From: Pirellulales bacterium
GTDB taxonomy: Bacteria; Planctomycetota; Planctomycetia; Pirellulales; PALSA-1355
Assembly: GCA_963733035.1 (NCBI GenBank)
Contig: CAVTBU010000005.1
Location: forward strand, 576,001 to 640,000
Direction of reading: 5' to 3'
DNA: 64,000 bases
Shown: positions 28,850 through 38,534 of the stretch, piece by piece
Position numbering within the stretch: position 1 is the first letter of the stretch
Layout: each line of letters starts with the position of its first letter
Translations under genes and position numbers: made by a program
Notes under the pieces: generated by a model
Told to the model about the DNA's origin: nothing
The model's database searches: none
The model's input: only the letters and a program-made list of their open reading frames with translations

Positions 28850-29236
28850 AGCAGTCCGGTGGCCTGCATGGCAATCGGGGATGTGAATCCTGGGGCGTTA
28901 GGATCGGCTTGTCTGAGCCCCGGCGCAAGCGGCACGTGATTTCCGTGAACAACGTTTCGCGGCCGCTTATGTCCTCGACCCACGCTCCTCCGATCACTGG
29001 CGCGAGCTCGAGATAGCGCTCGGTGTGGGAGGTCGTGCCGCGGGAGCTTTGCCCAAGTCTCAGGCGTGTCCCGATCGGCGGGAACGGCGTACGGTTGGAA
29101 ACGACCGCCTGAGCAAAAACGGGTGGCCGTTCCGCGTGCCGCTGTTCTCGGTCGATGGTCGAGGAGTGGTCAACTAACCCTTAACAAGCGTTTCAGAGTC
29201 CAATCCCGGCTCAACCGGGCCAGCGGCACCATTTTT
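28850..29236 (+). ncRNA. Candidate large structured RNA or leader of unknown class
   Basis: Upstream TTGAAA-N18-CACAAT; at least six helices including a GAAA-capped stem; a long 3' hairpin followed by TTTTT; no credible ORF. Confidence 0.4.
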
Positions 29237-29396
29237 ATTGCTTCGCCAGCGCGCCGCTGCGCGCTAGGGGTGCCAGCTGTCTACGTCGTCGGTGATTTCG
29301 CTCCCCTCAATGGCTCCCGCGCCCTGCAGCCCCGCAAATTCGATCGCGCGTAAAATGAGAAGATACATTCCACCGGTCAGCCGTTGAGTCGAAATC

Positions 29397-29865
29397 ATGG
29401 GTGAACCCAAAGGCTATTTTCTGTACGTCAACATGCCCGCCTCTCAGGTACGACGGAGGCTAAGGGGTTTTGGGCACGGCGTGCGCAAGATTCAAAGTGG
29501 CGGGCGCAAACGGGCCGTGGTGATCCACACGGCGACCGGGCGAAACTTCGAACAGCTTGCGGCTAAATTCGCCGACGTCGGCTGTTCAAACGCCGACGAC
29601 CACCTCCGAGAACCGATCGACAACCTGTTCGGCCTCGGCCCCGCGGATGCCCGCTATTTGCATGCCGTGGGCATGCGTACGATCGGCGATTTGAAGGCCG
29701 CCGGTCCGGTGTTGGCCTTTCAGCTCGTGCGGACCGCCTGGCCCGAAGCCAGCGAAAATCTGTTGTGGACCCTGGCCGCCGGCCTGCAAGAACGCGACTG
29801 GCGGCAAGCTGCCGGAGGGGGAAAAACAACGCCTTAGGAATCAGCTGGCGACGTTGTTGCGTTAA
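29397..29865 (+). CDS. TfoX C-terminal-domain protein with an extra N-terminal domain; frameshift near 29806
   Basis: NLFGLGP..LHAVGM..L...GPVLAF..NLLWTLAAGL..DW. The shifted frame gives LPEGEKQRLRNQL ending at TAA 29865. Confidence 0.75.
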
Positions 29866-29918
29866 ACATCGAGAGCCACGACTTGATGCCCGTGGGGGCT
29901 GGCAACACGGAACGGGGC

Positions 29919-32113
29919 TTATGACTCGCTTGTCTGCGCTGGATGGTCAGCGCCAGCACCGTGAGCCGCGCCGTTCTCGGAAGCTCGGCCGTTGCCAGCC
30001 ATGTCGTCCGACGCGTCGCCGCGCAAGGCCAAAAACTCTTCCTGGCTGCGATGCGGTAGTTGTCCGTCGGGCGCCGCGCGATAGTAAATGCCGTCGGCAT
30101 GCAATACCCGCGTCCGCATGTTGTCGCGCTGGTAGATGGGAATGATTTCGTGCAGCACGCGCCGCTTCAATTCTGGCGCCTCGATGGGAAACATAACTTC
30201 GACGCGGCGGTGAAAATTGCGCGGCATCCAGTCGGCACTCGATAAAAACACCTGCGCCTCGTCGCCGGGGCCGAACACGTAAATGCGGCTATGTTCCAAG
30301 AAACGGTCGACGATGCTCGTGACGCGGATGTTTTCGGAGATGCCCGGCAAGCCCGGCCGCAGGCAGCAGATCCCCCGCACCAACAGTTCGACCGGCACGC
30401 CTGCCTGGCTGGCTCGATACAGCGCCTCGATGACGCGGTAATCAACCAGGGCATTGAGCTTGGCGTAAATCCACGCCGGACGTCCCTCGCGAGCCCGTGC
30501 CGTCTGCTCCTCGATCAGCTCCATCGTTCGCACGTGCATGTGCTCGGGCGCCACGACGAGCTTGCGCCAGGGATGACCCTGCGAGTAACCGGTCAGCAGA
30601 TTAAAAAGCGCCGAGGCATCTTCGCCAAAATCCTCGTCTGCGGTGAACAGCCCCAGGTCCGTGTATTGCAAGGCGGTGTTTTGGTTGTAGTTGCCCGTGC
30701 CCAAATGCACGTAGCGCCGCAGGGTGTTGCCTTCCTGACGCACGACAAGCGAAACCTTGCAATGCGTCTTCAGATCCAGGAATCCAAACACGACGTGTAC
30801 GCCCGAGCGTTCCATCTGGCGGGCCCAGCCGACATTCCGCTCCTCGTCGAAGCGGGCTTTGAGTTCCACGAGCGCGGTGACATGCTTGCCATTTTCCGCC
30901 GCTTGCATCAAGGCCCGCGTAATCGGCGAGTCGGCCGTGATTCGATACAGCGTTTGTTTGATGGCCAGCACTTTCGGATCTTTCGCCGCGGCCGCCACGA
31001 ACTCAACCACGGGATCAAACGAGTCGAACGGATGATGGAGCAGAATGTCGTGCTGTGCAATCGCGCCAAAAAGTTCCTCGCCGCGCCGCGAACGCAGCCA
31101 CCGGGGCCGCTGCGGCGTAAACGAGGCCGCCCGCAGGTAGTCTCGATTCGGCACGGAGTACAGCTCCATCATCCCAGTCAGGTCGAGTGGCCCGGGAATG
31201 CGATACACTTCGCTGTAAGCATCGGGCGTGCCGTCGCCCATGTCGCGCAGTGATTCCTCCGCCACGATCTTCTGCACGAGTTCCTCGTTGGCGCCGGTGG
31301 CCACTTCCAGCCGCACCGCGTCGCCGCGCTGTCGGGCCTTGAGCCGTTCCTCGATCAACCGCAACATGTCGTCCGACTCTTGCTCGAGCAGTTCAATGTC
31401 GCTGTCGCGGGTGACGCGAAACGTCGTATAGTGCAAGGTATCAAACCCGCCGAACAGGTCGGGCAGCCGCGCCGCCACGGCATCTTCCAGCAGAATAAAA
31501 TCAAGCTCGTCGGCGCGCCCACCTGCACGAAACGCGGCAAGACTTGCGGCAACTGCACTACCGCGAACAGTTCGCGCGGCCCCAGACCGTGTCGGCGGCG
31601 CAGCATCGCTCCCAAGTAAAGCTGGCGATTGTGAAAGTGCGGGCTGGGATGGCTGGGATCGATCGCCATCGGCGTGAGGATCGGAAAGGCCCGGGTATGA
31701 AAAAATCGGTCGAGCGATTCGCGGTGCCCTTCGGTCAGTTCGTCCTGCGAGAGCAGGCGAATGCCCTCGGCCACCAACTGCGGCCGCACCAACTCGTTCC
31801 AGCAGCGATATTGCGCCGAAACCAGTTCCTGTGTCTTCTGCGAGACGCGCTGCAACTGCGTGATGGCTCGCAACCCGTCCGGGGTATAGTCCTGCGGAGC
31901 GCCGTCGCCAAAGGCCTGTTCGCGCAGCCCCGCCACGCGAACCATGAAAAATTCGTCGAGGTTTGAGCTGAAGATCGAGAGGAATTTGACCCGTTCGAGC
32001 AAGGGATTCGAGGGATCCTCGGCCTCCTCGAGCACGCGCGCGTTGAACTCCAGCCAGCTCAGTTCGCGATTAATAAAATGCTCGGCCTGGTAGGCATGTT
32101 CGATCACGGCCAC
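29919..32113 (-). CDS. ppk1: Polyphosphate kinase 1; frameshift near 31515
   Basis: FINRELSWLEFNARVL, SNLDEFFMVRVAGL, LLHHPFDSF, ELKARFDE, LKTHCK, HLGTGNYN and RFLEHSR, spread over two joinable frames. Confidence 0.95.
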
Positions 32114-32383
32114 CTCGTCGCTGCCTGGGATTTAGCGCGCTTATGCTGTAATTGTACCCCAACGGAGTCGTGGCGGGGCGTTTCGCCTATCGTAGGCGTT
32201 GGACGTCCTCTCGCCAACGGCCCGTGGGCCCCTAAAAATGCGTGTAGAAGTCACAACTGTTTCACCGCATGGCGGGAAGCCAGACAGTCTGCTTGCCTCA
32301 CTGGATCGGCTGCCGCTAGCCGCCTTGCCCGGCGGGGCGGTATATTGCCGGCAAGTATTCACCCCAATCTCCACGACCCGCGC

Positions 32384-33460
32384 ATGTCCAACACCCTCGA
32401 CTGGCAACCGCTTTACCCGTTTCTTCCGCGCGAGTTCCACGTCAACGGTCATCGCTATCACTACGTCGACGAAGGCCATGGCGAGCCGCTGCTCTTGGTG
32501 CACGGCAATCCCACCTGGTCGTTTTATTGGCGCGATCTGATTCGCCCGCTTTCGCTACGGTATCGCGTCATCGCGGTCGATCACATCGGCTGCGGGCTGA
32601 GCGATAAGCCGCGCGGGTATCCCTATCGGCTCGCCCAGCACGTTGATAATCTCACCCAGTTGATCGAGCATCTTGATCTGGAAAACGTGACGCTCATGGC
32701 GCACGACTGGGGCGGCGCGATTGGGCTCGGCGCCGCACTGGCCGCGGTGCACCGCTACCGCCGGTTCGTATTGTTCAACACGGCGGCGTTTCGCTCGAGT
32801 CGGATGCCCTGGCGGATTCGTCTCTGCCGCACTCCCTTGCTAGGACGCCTCGCCGTGCAAGGCCTGAACGCATTCGCCCTGGCCGCAACCTCGATGGCAA
32901 TATCCCACCAGGAGCGGATGACGCCCCAGGTGCGAGCCGGACTGCTCGCACCCTACGATAGCTGGGCGCACCGGGAGGCGATCTATCGCTTCGTCCAGGA
33001 CATTCCCCTGTCTCCCCGCCACCCCAGCTACAAGAAGTTACTGGAAATCGAACAAGGATTGTCGCGGCTCGCCGATCACGCCTGGATGTTCATCTGGGGC
33101 ATGCGAGATTGGTGCTTTAGTCCGCACTTCCTCGAGCGATTTCTCGAGTTCTTTCCCCACGCCGAGGTCCATCGATTGGCCGACGCAGGACACTACGTCG
33201 TTGAAGACGCCCACGAACGGATTGTGCCGCTGGTGGAAAAGTTCCTGGCGGCGCATCCGGTGGAAGCATCCGCCGATAGCGCAGGCGGCGAAACCCATGA
33301 AAGAGCCGAACCTGCCGCTGGAGCCGCTCAAGGCCGGACAGTGCTTTGCGCTGGCCACGATCATGGAAGCCACGGTCCCCAAACCGGGCAACGTCCATCG
33401 CGGCGCCGACTTCGACGATGCCAGCTACCCCGACTTTGTCGTGGCGGCCACCGTGGTTAG
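32384..33460 (+). CDS. Alpha/beta hydrolase of the haloalkane dehalogenase/OleB clade (true stop probably near 33300)
   Basis: HGNPTWSFYWR, DHIGCGLSDKP, HDWGG, WGMRDWCF and AGHYVVED. The called frame runs 160 nt into the next gene; a 1-nt indel would give an ATGA overlap at 33297-33300. Confidence 0.85.
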   Translation: MSNTLDWQPLYPFLPREFHVNGHRYHYVDEGHGEPLLLVHGNPTWSFYWRDLIRPLSLRYRVIAVDHIGCGLSDKPRGYPYRLAQHVDNLTQLIEHLDLENVTLMAHDWGGAIGLGAALAAVHRYRRFVLFNTAAFRSSRMPWRIRLCRTPLLGRLAVQGLNAFALAATSMAISHQERMTPQVRAGLLAPYDSWAHREAIYRFVQDIPLSPRHPSYKKLLEIEQGLSRLADHAWMFIWGMRDWCFSPHFLERFLEFFPHAEVHRLADAGHYVVEDAHERIVPLVEKFLAAHPVEASADSAGGETHERAEPAAGAAQGRTVLCAGHDHGSHGPQTGQRPSRRRLRRCQLPRLCRGGHRG

Positions 33461-34178
33461 TCCAATCATCGATCGCGCGGTCGAGCGGACCCTCGGACGA
33501 ACGCTTTTGGATTCCGTAGCCGCCACGCGGGCCGCTGTTTCGACAAACACGAACCTGGGCACGCTCTTGCTGATCGTACCATTGGCAATGGTCCCCAGGG
33601 ACGCGCCGTTGACGTCCGGCATTGCGGTCGTCCTTAAATCGATCAACATCGAAGACACTCGCATGGCATACGAAGCGATCCGTATGGCACAACCCGGAGG
33701 TCTGGGCAAAGTGGAAGCGGCCGACGTAGCCGATGAGCCCCCAAGCGACTTGGTTGCAGCAATGCGCTTGGCCAGTGACCGCGACATGGTTGCCAGGCAA
33801 TACGCAAACGGTTTCCAGGACATCTTCGATACCGTGGTTCCATGGATTCGCGAGGCCGTCAGCGCGGGCCCCGATCTGCCGGCGGCCATCGTCCACGTCC
33901 ACGTGCGCCTAATGGCCGCATTACCCGATAGCCTGATTGCCCGGCGTTGCGGACACGACGTGGCCCTTGAATCCGCCGCCCGCGCTCAGCGCGTGCTCGA
34001 CGCGGGTGAACCTGGCGACGATGCGTACGACCGGGGACTTTCCGACCTGGACTTCTGGCTTCGCGCCGCGGATCACAAGCGAAATCCCGGCACGACCGCC
34101 GACCTGGTGGCAGCCGGTTTGTTCGTGGCTTTGCGCGATGGCATAATTAAACCACCGTTCCGTCTGGCCCGCCTCTAA
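33297..34178 (+). CDS. CitG-like triphosphoribosyl-dephospho-CoA synthase family protein (C1-cluster Orf7 type)
   Basis: EATVPKPGNVH, NTNLGTLLL, PDSLIARR and NPGTTADL; no citrate lyase or malonate decarboxylase genes nearby. Confidence 0.85.
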   Translation: MKEPNLPLEPLKAGQCFALATIMEATVPKPGNVHRGADFDDASYPDFVVAATVVSPIIDRAVERTLGRTLLDSVAATRAAVSTNTNLGTLLLIVPLAMVPRDAPLTSGIAVVLKSINIEDTRMAYEAIRMAQPGGLGKVEAADVADEPPSDLVAAMRLASDRDMVARQYANGFQDIFDTVVPWIREAVSAGPDLPAAIVHVHVRLMAALPDSLIARRCGHDVALESAARAQRVLDAGEPGDDAYDRGLSDLDFWLRAADHKRNPGTTADLVAAGLFVALRDGIIKPPFRLARL

Positions 34179-34218
34179 CGAACCTCGATCCGAACCCGAC
34201 AGCGCCGCGTTTCTCGAC

Positions 34219-34716
34219 ATGACCGACCACTATCACGTTCGGATCTCGAAAGACTATCTAGTCTTCAGCGCCGGGCACTTTATTACTTACGCTGGCGACG
34301 TCTGCGAGCGGTTGCACGGCCATAACTACCGCGTGACCGGAGAAGTCCATGGCCCACTCGACGGGAACCACTACGTCGTCGATTTTATTGCCCTTCGCGA
34401 CGCGCTCAAGACGATCGTCGACGAGTTGGACCATCACATGCTCCTGCCGACGCGGCACCCCTTGATCAAGGTGGTAGCCGACGACCGCGAAGTCGAAGCC
34501 ACGTTCGAAGATCGCCGCTGGGTCTTTCCCCGCTGCGATTGCATCCTGCTCGACGTTCCCAATACGACGTCGGAACTTCTGGCCCGCTACATCGCCAGTC
34601 GATTAGTGGATGATTTGCAAAGCCGCACCGGCAACCGCCCGGCTCGCGTCCGCATCGAAGTTGACGAGTGTTTCGGCAACGTCGCGGTATGCGAACTCGA
34701 TACGTCCAACCACTAG
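34219..34716 (+). CDS. queD: 6-pyruvoyl/6-carboxy-tetrahydropterin synthase (COG0720) with dual PTPS-I/III motif
   Basis: FSAGHF, CERLHGHNY, VVDF, LDH and TTSELLA. Confidence 0.88.
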   Translation: MTDHYHVRISKDYLVFSAGHFITYAGDVCERLHGHNYRVTGEVHGPLDGNHYVVDFIALRDALKTIVDELDHHMLLPTRHPLIKVVADDREVEATFEDRRWVFPRCDCILLDVPNTTSELLARYIASRLVDDLQSRTGNRPARVRIEVDECFGNVAVCELDTSNH

Positions 34717-34751
34717 CACCCCAAGTACCTTCCCACCCGGAGTCGTCCACC

Positions 34752-35387
34752 ATGCGTTTGTCTGCCTGTTGTTTCGCGCTGTTCGCGGCCTTGGCCGCTG
34801 TTTCCACCGCTCAAGCCGAAGACTGGATTGCATTGTTCAATGGAAAGAATCTGGACGGTTGGCAAGCGGTCGACGGACCACTATCCAGTTGGCACGTCGA
34901 GGACGACATTCTGTACTGCAGCGGCGGCGGAGGCGGTTGGCTGTCAACCAACAAGGAGTACGGCGACTTTGAGATTGCACTCGAGTTTCGCGTCCCGCCC
35001 GGCGGCAACAGCGGCGTGTTCCTGCGGGCACCACACGAGAACAACCCGGCCTACGCTGGCATGGAGATTCAAATACTCGACGACCGTGCAGAGCAATATG
35101 CCAAGCTCCAGCCGTTTCAGTACTGCGGCAGTCTCTATGGCATTGCCGCGCCAAAGACGCGTGCCAGCAAACCGGCCGGCGAGTGGCAAAAGATGCACAT
35201 CCTGTGCAAGGGTCGGCAGGTGAAAGTGACGCTGAACGACACGGTGATTAGCGATACGAACCTTGATGACGAACAGGCCCATGCGGCGACGCATCCCGGC
35301 ATCAATCGGCGGACTGGGTACATCGGCCTGCAGAACCACGGCACGCGGCTGGATTTTCGAAACGTTCGCCTCCGCGAGCTCGACTAG
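34752..35387 (+). CDS. Secreted DUF1080 (3-keto-glycoside hydrolase-like) protein
   Basis: LFNGKNLDGW, GNSGVFLR, EIQILD and GYIGLQNHG...FRNV. Confidence 0.9.
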   Translation: MRLSACCFALFAALAAVSTAQAEDWIALFNGKNLDGWQAVDGPLSSWHVEDDILYCSGGGGGWLSTNKEYGDFEIALEFRVPPGGNSGVFLRAPHENNPAYAGMEIQILDDRAEQYAKLQPFQYCGSLYGIAAPKTRASKPAGEWQKMHILCKGRQVKVTLNDTVISDTNLDDEQAHAATHPGINRRTGYIGLQNHGTRLDFRNVRLRELD

Positions 35388-35469
35388 CCGTCGCCGGCTG
35401 CGGTAACGAATCGCGCGAGAGAAGTATGTTTGGGGCTTAAGCGACGGAGGCAGTCGTGGCCGACAGCAA

Positions 35470-36711
35470 CTACGGCTTGTCGTCGGCTTCGAGCGAGTCG
35501 CGTCCGTCGCTGAGCCATTCCAGGTTGAACCGCGCGAGCACCTGGCTTGGCCCCGGGTATTTGGTGCCTGGGTCGGCTCGCTCGAAGAGGCAATAGATGG
35601 TGCCGTCGGGCCCGACCGCCAAATCGCTGTAGGCACTTGGACCGGCCTCGATCGTCTTGGAGACCGGCCAGCTCTTGCATCCATCGTAACTCAGCTTGAC
35701 CGTCAGATTCTTGCGATCGCGACTTTTTCCCGGCTCGGCCTTGCCCTTTTTGCGCTCCAAATTGTCCGGGTTTGAAAACAGGATGCGATTTTTGCCGCCA
35801 TCCGATGCCGTGCTCAGCCGACACATGCTAGCCATGCAAATCGGCTCAGCGAGTCCATCGTCGAACACCGGGCGTGACCAGCCGGTCGCTCCGTCCGGAC
35901 TGGTGGCGATTGCTCGTCGGTTCCTGGTGGACTCGCTGCGCATGTTCAGCAGCACACGACCATCGGCCAACTCCACGGCCACCGATTCGCTGGGGTTCAC
36001 CAGCGGATCCGTCTCACCAGTCACGATGTCTCCGCACTGCCAAGTGGCACCGTGGTCGTCGCTGTAGATCGTCGCAATTACGCTCGGTCGATGGGCGTTT
36101 CCGCCGGTAGCCGTCGATAACCAAACGGGGACCACGAGACGGCCGCCACCGAGCTGCACGCCGTGGCCCGGACCGGTGGCCAGAACTTTCCAATCGTATT
36201 GATCCCGAAACGGCTCGAACGCCGAGGTAATTTCCACCGGCTCGCTGAACGTCTGGCCGTCGTCGTCGCTACGGCGATAGAAGCAGCGCATGTACTCCTG
36301 GCAAAACAAGAAGTGCACGGCGCCGGTCTGATGGTCCGCAATCAACAGCGGATTGTTGTTCGTGACCGCCGATGGGTCTGCCAGCTTTTGCTTTAGTGCC
36401 ACCGGGTTCTTTTGGTGCGGACCATCGACCTCGGACATCTCCCGCGCCTCCGACCAGGTTTCCCCGCCGTCGCCGCTACGTCGCAGCACGATGTCAATCG
36501 CCGCCCAGTCGCCGCGGGTTTTGCGGGCCTCGCAAACTGCGAGCAAAGAACCGCCCGGAGCCATCAATAGCGCCGGAATGCGATAGCTTGGATACCCCCC
36601 CTGGCCCGCCACAAAAACGTCCTGCTTGTCGAGACGCGGTTCGGCCGATAGCGCCTGGGTGTCAAATAAAGCCCAAGTTAAAAACAAAAGCAGTATTGTG
36701 CGACGCATCAT
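35470..36711 (-). CDS. Secreted sialidase (GH33, Asp-box beta-propeller)
   Basis: YRIP motif and five Asp boxes (SGDGGETW, SDDDGQTF, SDDHGATW, SPDGATGW, SYDGCKSW). Confidence 0.92.
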   Translation of the reverse strand: MMRRTILLLFLTWALFDTQALSAEPRLDKQDVFVAGQGGYPSYRIPALLMAPGGSLLAVCEARKTRGDWAAIDIVLRRSGDGGETWSEAREMSEVDGPHQKNPVALKQKLADPSAVTNNNPLLIADHQTGAVHFLFCQEYMRCFYRRSDDDGQTFSEPVEITSAFEPFRDQYDWKVLATGPGHGVQLGGGRLVVPVWLSTATGGNAHRPSVIATIYSDDHGATWQCGDIVTGETDPLVNPSESVAVELADGRVLLNMRSESTRNRRAIATSPDGATGWSRPVFDDGLAEPICMASMCRLSTASDGGKNRILFSNPDNLERKKGKAEPGKSRDRKNLTVKLSYDGCKSWPVSKTIEAGPSAYSDLAVGPDGTIYCLFERADPGTKYPGPSQVLARFNLEWLSDGRDSLEADDKP

Positions 36712-36959
36712 TGTCGACCTCGCGAGCCCAGCGGAGAGAGCAACCGTCCCCAATCGTAACTCGCCAAACTGCCGAGTAAAACCAGCAAGTGGAATTAGGC
36801 CAGCGGCGATGGTACAACAGACCTTGCCGCGAGCGGCCCGTCGTCAGACTTTCCGCTGGGGCTTTCCGTTGCCAATCTTTGATCTGCTTTCTGCGCCTCA
36901 GCATCGCTGGGTGCAAATCCAACGAACGACTCGCCAGAAACCATTTCCAGGGAGTCCTG

Positions 36960-38534
36960 ATGACCATGCATCGCAACCGCGGACTTTTGCTACTCCCAAT
37001 GTTTCTGTTGGCTGGATGTGCAGCCATTGCGGAAGCCAAACAGCCCAACATCCTGTTCATCTTTTCCGACGATCACGCCTGGCAAGCCTTGAGTGCCTAC
37101 GGCGAATCGCGGCATTTGCTCAACACGCCGAACCTTGACCGCATTGCCAACGAAGGGATGCGATTCAACCGCTGCATCGTGCCCAACTCAATTTGCGGGC
37201 CGAGCCGAGCGACGATTCTCACTGGCAAGTACTCCCACATCAACGGCTTTTACAACAATTCCAACAGCCGCTTCGATGGTTCGCAAGTGACCTTTCCGAA
37301 ACTGCTGCAAGGTGCCGGCTATCAGACGGCGATCTTCGGCAAGTGGCACCTGATTAGCGATCCGACAGGCTTTGACTACTGGCACATCCTGCCAGGGCAA
37401 GGACTCTACTACAATCCGCCGATGATCAAGAACGGCGAGCAGGTCAAGCACGAAGGCTATACGACGGACATCATTACGGACCTGACGCTCGACTGGCTGA
37501 AGTCTCGCGATAAGTCGAAGCCGTTCATGCTGATGTGCCAACACAAGGCACCGCATCGCGAGTGGGAACCGGCATTGCGTCACCTCGGTCACGACGGCGA
37601 TCGGCAACACCTCGAGCCGGAAACCCTGTTCGACAACTACTCCGGGCGAGGCCTGGCTGAGCACGACCAGGACATGACGATCGAAAAGACCATGACACCG
37701 CGCGACGTCAAGCTCGTCGCCCCCGGCAACCTCACACCCGCACAACGCGCCGAGTGGGACGCCTACTACGAACCCCGCAATGAAAAATTCCGAAAAGCGA
37801 ATTTGTCAGGCAAGGACCTGGTGCGCTGGCGCTATCAGCGCTACATGCACGACTATCTAGGCTGTATCAAAGCCGTCGATGAAAACGTCGGCAGGCTGCT
37901 CAAGTATCTTGATGATGAAGGGTTGGGCGACGATACGATCGTCGTCTACACGGCCGATCAAGGCTTCTACCTGGGCGAGCACGGCTGGTTCGACAAGCGC
38001 TGGATCTTCGAGGAATCGCTACGTACACCGCTGCTGGTACGCTGGCCGGGCGTGACCAAACCCGGAAGCACCAGTGACGCACTCGTCTCAAATGTCGACT
38101 TCGCCGAAACGTTTCTCGACATTGCCGGCATCGAGATTCCAGCGGCAATGCAGGGGCGCAGCTTCATCAGTCTGCTCGAGGGAAAGCAGCCGGACGATTG
38201 GCGAACGTCATTCTACTACCACTATTACGAGTACCCCCGACCGCATCACGTGCGACCACATTACGGCGTCGTCACAGACCGCCATAAGCTCGTACACTTC
38301 TACGGACCGGATACCGACTATTGGGAACTATTCGATCTCAAGACTGATCCGCACGAACTGACAAGTGTCTACAACGAGGCATCGTATGCCGACGTGCAGA
38401 GCGCGCTGCACGCCGAGGTGGACCGACTGCGCAAGCAGCTCAAGGTGCCCGCAGAGGAAGACCCAGCTGCATCGGGCGCCCGCCCCGGACCGCGTCAGCG
38501 TGCTCGGCAACAACAACAGGGAAAGGCATCGTGA
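36960..38534 (+). CDS. Secreted Cys-type S1 sulfatase (GlcNAc-6-sulfatase-like)
   Basis: [42 protein letters not shown]. Confidence 0.93.
   Translation: MTMHRNRGLLLLPMFLLAGCAAIAEAKQPNILFIFSDDHAWQALSAYGESRHLLNTPNLDRIANEGMRFNRCIVPNSICGPSRATILTGKYSHINGFYNNSNSRFDGSQVTFPKLLQGAGYQTAIFGKWHLISDPTGFDYWHILPGQGLYYNPPMIKNGEQVKHEGYTTDIITDLTLDWLKSRDKSKPFMLMCQHKAPHREWEPALRHLGHDGDRQHLEPETLFDNYSGRGLAEHDQDMTIEKTMTPRDVKLVAPGNLTPAQRAEWDAYYEPRNEKFRKANLSGKDLVRWRYQRYMHDYLGCIKAVDENVGRLLKYLDDEGLGDDTIVVYTADQGFYLGEHGWFDKRWIFEESLRTPLLVRWPGVTKPGSTSDALVSNVDFAETFLDIAGIEIPAAMQGRSFISLLEGKQPDDWRTSFYYHYYEYPRPHHVRPHYGVVTDRHKLVHFYGPDTDYWELFDLKTDPHELTSVYNEASYADVQSALHAEVDRLRKQLKVPAEEDPAASGARPGPRQRARQQQQGKAS

Noticed and set aside
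28996..29115. ZMP/ZTP (pfl) riboswitch resemblance (ACTGGCG...GGGAGC...GACCGCCTGAGCA)
   Set aside because: The P3 stem cannot form (AAC versus AGC), P1 is not evident, and the downstream gene is unrelated to purine or folate metabolism.
29174..29185. CTAACCCTTAAC in a hairpin loop resembles the vertebrate telomerase template
   Set aside because: It is a short imperfect match, with no reverse transcriptase or matching repeats in the window; coincidence.
28850..29236. tmRNA, 6S RNA, SRP RNA or group II intron identity for the structured region
   Set aside because: There are no tRNA-like ends or tag frame, no SRP GGAA loop motif, no single 6S-like rod, and no AGC triad paired with the CGTACGGTT segment.
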